From Candidatus Babeliales bacterium (lineage in GTDB: Bacteria; Babelota; Babeliae; Babelales; RVW-14): DNA of 64,000 bases. Positions 56,973 through 64,000 of the stretch are shown piece after piece. A program made the translations under genes and the position numbers. The notes beneath the pieces are model-generated. The model did no database searches. It saw nothing but the letters and a program-made list of their open reading frames with translations, and was not told where the DNA came from. Within the stretch, counting starts at the first letter, position 1. Every line of letters starts with the position of its first letter. The stretch covers positions 118,718-182,717 of the forward strand of contig JAIERW010000001.1 in assembly GCA_019746485.1 (NCBI GenBank), in the 5' to 3' direction.

Positions 56973-58196
56973 CTACAAATTAGTAATATCACCCATCTTG
57001 AGCACTGGCAAGAAGATGGACATGATAATAAACCCAACAATAAGCCCCATCACCACGGTCATGATAGGACCAATCTTTGCCGTCAGGCCGTCAGTCAACT
57101 CTTTCAGCTCAACGTCGTAGTCGTGCCCAACGGTCAGCAGCATAGCACCAAGCTTGCCCGACTCTTCCCCCGTGCTAATCATATAGCTTGCAATACTGGG
57201 AAAAATGCCCGTCTGCTTAAGATACTTTGCTATCTTACCTTCTTTTATAATTTTATCACGCGCATCGCGCAATTTCTGTACCAGTACTCGATTTTCGACA
57301 ATATTACACACAATGTCAAGCGCCTCGGCCAGGTTAACGCCGCTGTTAATCAGCATGCCCAGCGTTTTGCTAAATTGCACAATAGCTTTGGTACGCGAAA
57401 AATAAGCAGTCACGGGAAACTTTAATAAGATCTCATCAAACTTGTAGGCACCACTTTTGGTAGATTTCCAATACGTAAAGAGCACCACAATCAACAGCAA
57501 GCCACCTGCAATTTCAAGAAAGTGGTGCACCAAAAGATTCGACAGTGCCACCAAAATTTTGGTTGGAACAGGCAAGTCAGTCTTCATGCGCTTAAACATA
57601 TCTTGCAACCGCGGTACCAACACCGTCAATAGCCCCACTACCACTAAGCCAGCAAATGACAACATCATAATTGGTTGCGACATTGCTTTCTTTACTTTTT
57701 TGCGCGTCTCTTCAGCACGTTCTAAATAATCGGTCAAGCTTTCTAAAATTGAATCTAAGTTACCGCTCGCTTCACCAGCGCGCACCAGCTGCACATAAAC
57801 ATTGGAAAAAACTTTGGGATATTTAGAAAGCTCTTTTGCAAACGGCTCACCAGATTTAACACCGTCGCGCACGCGAATAAGCAAGCGGTTAAAGCGCCCT
57901 TCAAATTGTTCAATCAACAACTCAAGTGCTTGCAACAGCGGGATACCCGCACGCAACAACACCGCCAGCTGCTTGGTAAACAACACAACAACTTTTACTT
58001 CAATAGGCCTTTCAAAAAGCATTTTGAGCGAAAAGCCACCGGCAGCAGCTGAGCCAGCCGTTATCTCTTTAATATTGACCGGCATGAGCCCCTGGCCTTG
58101 CAAAATTTCTTTGGCTGCGTGCAGAGACACTGCGTCGATGGTACCCGTCACACGGCCGCCCCGCCGATTAAAAGAATCATACTTATAAAGAGGCAT
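56973..58196 (-). CDS. gspF: Type II secretion inner-membrane platform protein GspF/PilC
   Basis: FTKQLAVLLRAGIPL, VRAGEASGNL, MISTGEESGKL. Confidence 0.92.
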   Translation of the reverse strand: MPLYKYDSFNRRGGRVTGTIDAVSLHAAKEILQGQGLMPVNIKEITAGSAAAGGFSLKMLFERPIEVKVVVLFTKQLAVLLRAGIPLLQALELLIEQFEGRFNRLLIRVRDGVKSGEPFAKELSKYPKVFSNVYVQLVRAGEASGNLDSILESLTDYLERAEETRKKVKKAMSQPIMMLSFAGLVVVGLLTVLVPRLQDMFKRMKTDLPVPTKILVALSNLLVHHFLEIAGGLLLIVVLFTYWKSTKSGAYKFDEILLKFPVTAYFSRTKAIVQFSKTLGMLINSGVNLAEALDIVCNIVENRVLVQKLRDARDKIIKEGKIAKYLKQTGIFPSIASYMISTGEESGKLGAMLLTVGHDYDVELKELTDGLTAKIGPIMTVVMGLIVGFIIMSIFLPVLKMGDITNL

Positions 58197-58343
58197 TGCT
58201 CACGTGCTCCTCAACTCGTTTGAAATTCATATGGTAATTTCTTGCAAAGGTAGATAGTTCTCTGGTATGTTTTCGTAATTAATACACTATTTTAGCGTAT
58301 TGTTACCAACCGCCAACCCCACTTTAGCAGAAAGGATTCCTGA

Positions 58344-59483
58344 ATGAAAAGAAAAAAACTCTTTTTTCTTTCTCTTCTTTTCACAGCTCTTTTCTTACCG
58401 CTGCACTCACCACTGCTGCTTGCCCGCAAAACATCAATAAAAAAAGTAAAGCACCTACCCAAGCAACTCGACTTTGACGATGTTTTAGGAAAAGATGTAA
58501 CGCCCTTGCAGTTTAGTACCAACAGCATTCGCAACTACTTTCGCAGCTTAAACTGCTCGCAACTTGCCTTGCGAAGCAGAACCAAGAAAGCAAAAGAGCA
58601 CGACTTTAATTTATCAATGAATAAATTTATTAAAGAAATGTACAACACACGAAGCTATGCTCAAACACTCTCGCAAGACGGAACCAACATTGTTGAATTT
58701 TTAACACTTGCGCACGAGCTGAATCTGGGGGCCCATGAAGTTTATGTTGGCATGCGCTTGTTTAACCAAAAGTTAAAAGCGTGGGACTGCGAACTGGTTG
58801 ATAACACCGTTGTCTTGCAAATTTTGCCCGCTTTTGCCGAAGCACTACCGCACTATTTGAACAAAAAAATAGCAAAAAATAATAAGAAAAACGATTTGCG
58901 CTTTATCCGCCGCCACACCGAAAGCTTGCTCATTTCGCGCTTTACCGAAAAGTTTAGATCGTTTAAAAAAGACCCAGACGTCTTTTTATCTGATCTTTCG
59001 TACGACATTGCAGCAAGTATTAAAAAGCAGCTGCGCATTCACGAGCAAAAGTCGGCACAGGAAGAAGAAGAGCATGAAGTACGCTCACGCCTGCGCCAAC
59101 AAACGGTTCGCTTTTTAGAAACCATGCTTACCAAACAAATTTGGAATTTTAGATCGCCAGAAGGCGTGTGGGATTCTTTCTTAACCGTTGCCAACGACCT
59201 ACAACTACTTGGTACTAACGGCGTTATTGACCACATGGACGATCTTGACGGCCTGCTGTGGGACCACACCAACCGCTTTTGCTATTATCTCGACCTGACC
59301 GGCGGCGCCCAGCCAATGGACTTTTTTGACGAAATTGAACAAGATCTTGCTAATGGCGTTATCTACTTTTTAGAAGCTGATGAGCAAGATGATGGTATAA
59401 AAACTAAAAAAGAAACATTGCTTGATGCACTGGCTCAAGCAAAAACGAAAGCTATTGCTTTTGAACGCGGCATTATTTGCTAG
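58344..59483 (+). CDS. Secreted hypothetical protein
   Basis: Signal MKRKKLFFLSLLFTALFLPLHS; 379 aa; divergent from gspF. Confidence 0.75.
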   Translation: MKRKKLFFLSLLFTALFLPLHSPLLLARKTSIKKVKHLPKQLDFDDVLGKDVTPLQFSTNSIRNYFRSLNCSQLALRSRTKKAKEHDFNLSMNKFIKEMYNTRSYAQTLSQDGTNIVEFLTLAHELNLGAHEVYVGMRLFNQKLKAWDCELVDNTVVLQILPAFAEALPHYLNKKIAKNNKKNDLRFIRRHTESLLISRFTEKFRSFKKDPDVFLSDLSYDIAASIKKQLRIHEQKSAQEEEEHEVRSRLRQQTVRFLETMLTKQIWNFRSPEGVWDSFLTVANDLQLLGTNGVIDHMDDLDGLLWDHTNRFCYYLDLTGGAQPMDFFDEIEQDLANGVIYFLEADEQDDGIKTKKETLLDALAQAKTKAIAFERGIIC

Positions 59484-59513
59484 TTTTAACCTTTTCTTCA
59501 AGGAGTTTTTTTA

Positions 59514-59957
59514 ATGAAGAATTTTTTTAAGAATTTACAGCACGCAGCACTCACTATATTTGTTGTAACTACTCTTGGTAACCAAGCACAAGCTGCTGCC
59601 AACAACACTACTATTGCCAATGCAAAAAATGCGCTTAACAGCGTAGTATCACAAGTAGAATCGTCACTAAAAAGAGTTGGTTATACCGGCTCTACAATAT
59701 CTGCGATACTGGCAAACTTAACAGACTTTGGTATCAGTGGCCCAAAAAACATAACAAATCCCAATGCCGATGCCGTTACCCAAGCTCAGCAAATTGCTAA
59801 AGATTTAAGAACTCAAATAATTATTAATGATAGCAAGTTGGCTTATACAACCAACCAAAATATACAAGCCGTAATTGCCGCCGCTGCGCCAACAGGTACT
59901 CTGGGTGTACTTGCCAACCAATATGAAACAGCAATCAATGGCATAACTGCTTCATAA
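59514..59957 (+). CDS. Secreted helical paralog 1 (unknown family)
   Basis: AAGGAG RBS, signal peptide ending AQA, VGYTG..LANLT.F..GP. Confidence 0.8.
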   Translation: MKNFFKNLQHAALTIFVVTTLGNQAQAAANNTTIANAKNALNSVVSQVESSLKRVGYTGSTISAILANLTDFGISGPKNITNPNADAVTQAQQIAKDLRTQIIINDSKLAYTTNQNIQAVIAAAAPTGTLGVLANQYETAINGITAS

Positions 59958-59976
59958 AAATTTTATAGTTTTTTTA

Positions 59977-60019
59977 AAAGAGAGGCTGCTTTAGACAAAT
60001 TCTAAAGCAGCCTCTCTTT
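59977..60019. terminator. Long hairpin, probable terminator
   Basis: Perfect 19-bp stem AAAGAGAGGCTGCTTTAGA-caaat-TCTAAAGCAGCCTCTCTTT. Confidence 0.8.
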
Positions 60020-60100
60020 GCTTTACAGCCCTTATTTTTACAACCAAAAAGCCTTAAAAATGAGTTTGGGGGATTGTGGAAATATTTTCTAATAGAATTA

Positions 60101-60130
60101 TTGACTTTGTTTATTATGAGTCTTTATAAT
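60101..60130 (+). promoter_or_regulatory. Putative sigma70 promoter for paralogs 2-5
   Basis: TTGACT-18 bp-TATAAT. Confidence 0.55.
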
Positions 60131-60187
60131 AAGTAATAACACAAAAAATTACGTATTAATTGTAAAAAATACCCAAAAGGAGATTTT

Positions 60188-60652
60188 ATGAATAGTGCCA
60201 AAAGCGTACGCTTTACCACCCTTGCCCTGCTCATTGCAGCAGCAATTACCAGCCAGGCTCAGCCTGCAGCAACAAGTACCAACATTACTGTCGCCACCAA
60301 TGCTTTTAACAGTATAATTTCAAGAACAAATAGCAGTCTCAAAAACGTTGGTTATACCGGTACAACTACCGCACAGGCTCTAGCAAACTTAACAGCTTTC
60401 ATTCAGAATGGTCTGAATATAGACCTACAAAATGCAAACCAAACAGCAGTTGCACAAGCTCAAACGGCAGCAAAAAATCTTAAAACACAGATTGCGCTTG
60501 ATAAAGGTTATCTTGACAGCAAAACCGCCATCAACATTCAAAAGGTAATAAGCGATACCGCATCAACCGGCGCCTTGGGTAAACTTTCGATAGGTTTTTT
60601 TCAGTCAGTGAGAGCTATAACAATGCCACAAGCAGCGCCAATACAACCATAA
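60188..60652 (+). CDS. Secreted helical paralog 2
   Basis: AAGGAG RBS, signal peptide, SSLKNVGYTG..LANLTAF. Confidence 0.8.
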   Translation: MNSAKSVRFTTLALLIAAAITSQAQPAATSTNITVATNAFNSIISRTNSSLKNVGYTGTTTAQALANLTAFIQNGLNIDLQNANQTAVAQAQTAAKNLKTQIALDKGYLDSKTAINIQKVISDTASTGALGKLSIGFFQSVRAITMPQAAPIQP

Positions 60653-60667
60653 TCCTGGAGATTTATT

Positions 60668-61576
60668 ATGAACTTTGTAAAAAATTTACAGATGACTGTC
60701 CTTTCCGTACTTGTTGCAACAGCTAGTGCTTGTCAGCTCAATGCAGCTGCATCGCTTGAGTCGTTGCAAGAAAGTGCTAACAATAATCAAGATAAGCTCA
60801 ACATGCTCTGCTCGAAAGCCGACAACTCACTCAATCTTTGCGGCGTAGTTCCCGTTACTATTGTGGCGCGTACAACTAACTGCCAAGAAACCATCAATTT
60901 TTTAGAAACTTTTATTGAGCAAGGACCACGCTCAACCAACCTTAACCCGCAAGCAATGAGCGCAGCACAAAGCTCCGCACAGGTCTTGCGCAACTTTTTA
61001 CAAACTTCGTATAACGAACTTCAGGCCATACAGCAAGAGCTTCAGCAAAATCCCGACGAACAAGAACGCGACGCTCTTCAACTCCGCATTAACAAACAAG
61101 TAAACTCATTCAGCACAAGAAGCTCATCTGGGCCTGCAACAACCATTTTAATAGACCCAAGGCCGTTGAGCAATTTCCAATCTGATGTTGATGCAATGGT
61201 AAGCGGAAGAATGACCAAGCCATATGGCCTGCCGACACCCACAATACCAAGGACATTTACATTTGACAGATTGATCAGCGACGTAAAGATAGCCCTCGAC
61301 AAATGTTCTTACGGCTACCCAATGGTCAAAGTAGCAAATGAATACGACGCCACCATGTTCTTTCTTAATTACTTCATTGAAAATGGCCCAGGACTTTCTC
61401 CAGACAACACTCACAAGCCAAATAAAAAGGTGACAAAGAAAACCAAACAAATCGCTCAAAAACTTAAATCAGGGCTCGAGCAAGCTAAGCAAGACAATGT
61501 TGTTAGCCAAGAATTACGCCAGCTTGTTGATGAGTTTAAAAACTTAATCACAAAAATTGCGCCAACACAACATTAA
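60668..61576 (+). CDS. Secreted helical paralog 3 (two domain copies)
   Basis: FLETFIEQGP and FLNYFIENGP repeats. Confidence 0.8.
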   Translation: MNFVKNLQMTVLSVLVATASACQLNAAASLESLQESANNNQDKLNMLCSKADNSLNLCGVVPVTIVARTTNCQETINFLETFIEQGPRSTNLNPQAMSAAQSSAQVLRNFLQTSYNELQAIQQELQQNPDEQERDALQLRINKQVNSFSTRSSSGPATTILIDPRPLSNFQSDVDAMVSGRMTKPYGLPTPTIPRTFTFDRLISDVKIALDKCSYGYPMVKVANEYDATMFFLNYFIENGPGLSPDNTHKPNKKVTKKTKQIAQKLKSGLEQAKQDNVVSQELRQLVDEFKNLITKIAPTQH

Positions 61577-61609
61577 TCGAAATTTTACTTTAATAAGAAA
61601 GGAAAGATA

Positions 61610-62044
61610 ATGATAACATTCAAAAGGATATCAATCTCCATGCTCGCTGTTGTTGCAGCGCTCACCATAAATACCCACGTTCAAGCGTCAGATTATGACA
61701 CTGCAGAAAGAAAACTACAAATAGTTCTTGTCACCATGACTAATGCTATTCTTAAATATTACAAAGAAAGGCCTCTGACCAGTGAGCAGACAAGGGGCTA
61801 TGTAGCCACTACCTGCCTTTCTCCTCAGGGAACGAATGGTGCCTTCGGGCCAATCAACCGATTCACAGAGCAATTCAAAGATGAAAAAAATCCGGCGTAC
61901 ACCGTGGCAAAACAGCTATCGAGAAAGTTGAGACAAGTTATTTATACCTACAACATAAACAGTGATTACGCAGGAACAGTAGCAGCCGTACCAGAACTTA
62001 TGAACTTGATAAAACAACTTCAAACGGAACTTGCAAAGCTGTAA
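61610..62044 (+). CDS. Secreted helical protein, probable divergent paralog 4
   Basis: Signal ending VQA; C-terminal ELMNLIKQL resembles ELRNLSKQF. Confidence 0.75.
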   Translation: MITFKRISISMLAVVAALTINTHVQASDYDTAERKLQIVLVTMTNAILKYYKERPLTSEQTRGYVATTCLSPQGTNGAFGPINRFTEQFKDEKNPAYTVAKQLSRKLRQVIYTYNINSDYAGTVAAVPELMNLIKQLQTELAKL

Positions 62045-62087
62045 CACGCCCGATAATCAAAAATAGGTAAAAAACAGGAGATTTATT

Positions 62088-62576
62088 ATGAATTTTTCTA
62101 AAAACTTAAAACTTGCCGCCCTTGCTCTACTCGTTGCAACAGCAGTTGGTAGCGAATTGAACGCTCTAGACATTATGCCTAAGCCAGCAATTATTACCGG
62201 CCCAGCGCAAAACGCAGTCAATAACATTATTGACGAAATACGAGTAGCTCTTGATAAATGCCGCACTGGCTACCCTATGGTCAAGGTAGCTTCCCGACGT
62301 GATGAGACTATGTTCTTTCTTGGGTGCTTTGTTAACAATGGCCCAGGCTTACCAAAAGGCACACAACGACGAGAAGGGAAAATTGCTCAAGCAAAAAATA
62401 TAGCAGGAAAGATAAAAACACTAATCGAATCTTATAATTCAACTCTGAAAAGCTCATCGGTCACCGCCAGCGAAACGCATAGAATAGAACAATCTGCAAC
62501 CAGCGGCGAGTTACGCAACCTTAGCAAGCAGTTTAAAAATTTAATTGCAGAAATCGCTCCATCACAAGGTTGGTAA
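62088..62576 (+). CDS. Secreted helical paralog 5
   Basis: ALDKC..GYPMVKVA...TMFFL..F..NGPGL and FKNLI.EIAP shared with paralog 3. Confidence 0.8.
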   Translation: MNFSKNLKLAALALLVATAVGSELNALDIMPKPAIITGPAQNAVNNIIDEIRVALDKCRTGYPMVKVASRRDETMFFLGCFVNNGPGLPKGTQRREGKIAQAKNIAGKIKTLIESYNSTLKSSSVTASETHRIEQSATSGELRNLSKQFKNLIAEIAPSQGW

Positions 62577-62588
62577 AAAAGTTTAGTT

Positions 62589-62622
62589 AAAAAAGGCACC
62601 GCAAAATTGCGGTGCCTTTTTT
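62589..62622. terminator. Bidirectional intrinsic terminator
   Basis: A6-GGCACCGCA-aaat-TGCGGTGCC-T6. Confidence 0.88.
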
Positions 62623-62633
62623 ATTTCTTACTT

Positions 62634-63350
62634 TTATTCTTGAAACCGCTGCACCACAACCGACCGCACACCCTGCGCATCCACAACTAATTCAAAATAA
62701 CTTTGCTGCGCGTAGCGCATAACCAACTCGCGGTCGTGACAAATAATCAAAACGGTAAGCCCAGTAGTCTGCACCAGATCATGTAAAAACGACATTACCA
62801 TCTCAGCATTTTGCTCATCAAGTGCCGCTGTTGGTTCGTCGAGCAACAAAATATTAGTCGACTTTTGTAGCGCCATCAATATTGCCAAAATTTGCCGCTG
62901 CCCACCAGAAAGTAAGTGTACCGGTTTTTTTATATCAATACCAAAGCGCTCTACAAAAGCTGGCACTGGCTTGTGGGCCGGCAACGCAGCCAAGCCGGGT
63001 TGTGACGGCAGATTAGCAAGGCGCAAGTTTTGTTCAAACGACAGTTGATCAGCCAGCATGACATCAAACTTTTGCTGAACCATATTAATGGTATTTAGTG
63101 CGTCGTATTGCTCTTTGCCCGTCGCTAGCATTTGCACGCTGCTCTCAACAACCACCGTGCCCTCAACAAGTTCTTGCTTTTCCAGCTTGCCGCGCAGCAA
63201 TCTAAACAGCGTAGATTTACCCGCGCCATTAAAACCTCTGATAAAATGAATGCGCCCTTTTTCAAAACTAACCGTTAAATCTTTGAAAAAGTCTGGCGCT
63301 TGTGGTGCAAATTTAAAATTAAGATTTTTAATTTCAAGTGCGTATGTCAT
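62634..63350 (-). CDS. ABC transporter ATP-binding protein
   Basis: GFNGAGKST, LSGGQRQ, LLLDEPTAALD, ICHD. Confidence 0.92.
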   Translation of the reverse strand: MTYALEIKNLNFKFAPQAPDFFKDLTVSFEKGRIHFIRGFNGAGKSTLFRLLRGKLEKQELVEGTVVVESSVQMLATGKEQYDALNTINMVQQKFDVMLADQLSFEQNLRLANLPSQPGLAALPAHKPVPAFVERFGIDIKKPVHLLSGGQRQILAILMALQKSTNILLLDEPTAALDEQNAEMVMSFLHDLVQTTGLTVLIICHDRELVMRYAQQSYFELVVDAQGVRSVVVQRFQE

Positions 63351-63353
63351 GGT

Positions 63354-64000
63354 TTAAACCCCCAAATCATTAACGTTTTTATTCGTGCGGCTGGTGCGAA
63401 AGCGGTTGATAACCATCAACAAAACCAGGAGCGACTGCATCATGGTAAAATATTTTAAATTAAAACCAACTTTGAGCAGCAGCTGCTGCAGCGCACAATA
63501 AACAACCAAGCCAACCAGCGGCACATTGACAGAAAATGAACGCACAAAAAAGCACAATGATTTTCCCAAAATAAGCGCCGTAATACAAAACAACGCCATA
63601 CCAAAACCAGCGTTAGTATCTACAAAGCCACTTGATTGTGCCACCAAATAGCCCGAAACACCGGCAAGCCCGTTGGCAAGTGCCACGCCAGTCAGCACCA
63701 CAAAGTTGGTAGAGATACCATAATTTTCGAAAAATTTTGGGTTGTAACCAAACACCGCGCATGCGTAACCAAGCTGTGTGCGTAACAACAAAAACAAACC
63801 AACCAGCAGCACCAAGCAGACCACCAGCAACATAATCAGCTCTGGATTTTTTACAAAATATTCAGAAATAACGAGCGGGTTACGCAAGCCACTCAGCGAG
63901 CGGTGCGCGTTGCCCAAAACAAATTGATTCACACCATGAAAAATACCGATCGTTAAAATGCTTGAAAGCAAGTGCGGCACGCGGCCGTACTGCGTCAGCA
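63354..64000 (-). CDS. ABC transporter permease, 5'-partial
   Basis: LLSSIL, RTQLG, LANGLAGVSGYL.AQ..GFVD...G.G; frame stays open to the window edge. Confidence 0.82.
   Translation of the reverse strand, partial: LTQYGRVPHLLSSILTIGIFHGVNQFVLGNAHRSLSGLRNPLVISEYFVKNPELIMLLVVCLVLLVGLFLLLRTQLGYACAVFGYNPKFFENYGISTNFVVLTGVALANGLAGVSGYLVAQSSGFVDTNAGFGMALFCITALILGKSLCFFVRSFSVNVPLVGLVVYCALQQLLLKVGFNLKYFTMMQSLLVLLMVINRFRTSRTNKNVNDLGV

Noticed and set aside
61821-61839. CTCCTCAGGGAACGAATGG resembling the right arm of the repeat inside ORF 61610
   Set aside because: The left arm CCCTTCGAGAC is absent; an 11-bp match may be chance, so at most a relic

Overview
Bacterial chromosomal window read with the standard genetic code. 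The gene repertoire (type II secretion pseudopilins, lpxB/LptG/MCE outer-membrane genes, many signal-peptide orphans, a SET-domain protein) suggests an intracellular protist symbiont such as Candidatus Dependentiae/Babelota (TM6); this is inference and was not verified by search. About 1-34 kb is a surface-glycan region: pseudaminic-acid-like nonulosonate pathway, GDP-fucose, UDP-GlcA/UDP-xylose, ABC flippase, glycosyl- and methyltransferases, interleaved with orphan secreted genes. About 34-64 kb holds housekeeping genes (grpE, pssA, HtrA-family protease, tlyA, glmM, lpxB, rnhB), a gspF-G-H-I-J-K plus MCE operon and a tandem array of five paralogous secreted helical proteins. Two MNT-HEPN toxin-antitoxin pairs lie at about 32.2-32.9 kb and 48.6-49.3 kb. 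Main observations: (1) a ~40-55-bp palindromic repeat family (7 copies, 3 loci), one inverted pair of which sits in frame inside an LptF/G gene; (2) a toxin-antitoxin cassette bracketed by a 110-bp duplication of the lpxB 3' end; (3) a sugar amidotransferase coupled to a GatA-like amidase rather than the usual HisH/HisF pair; (4) the secreted paralog array next to the T2SS; (5) a secreted protein with BC-box-like and NLS-like motifs. No rRNA, tRNA, CRISPR array or transposase was recognised.
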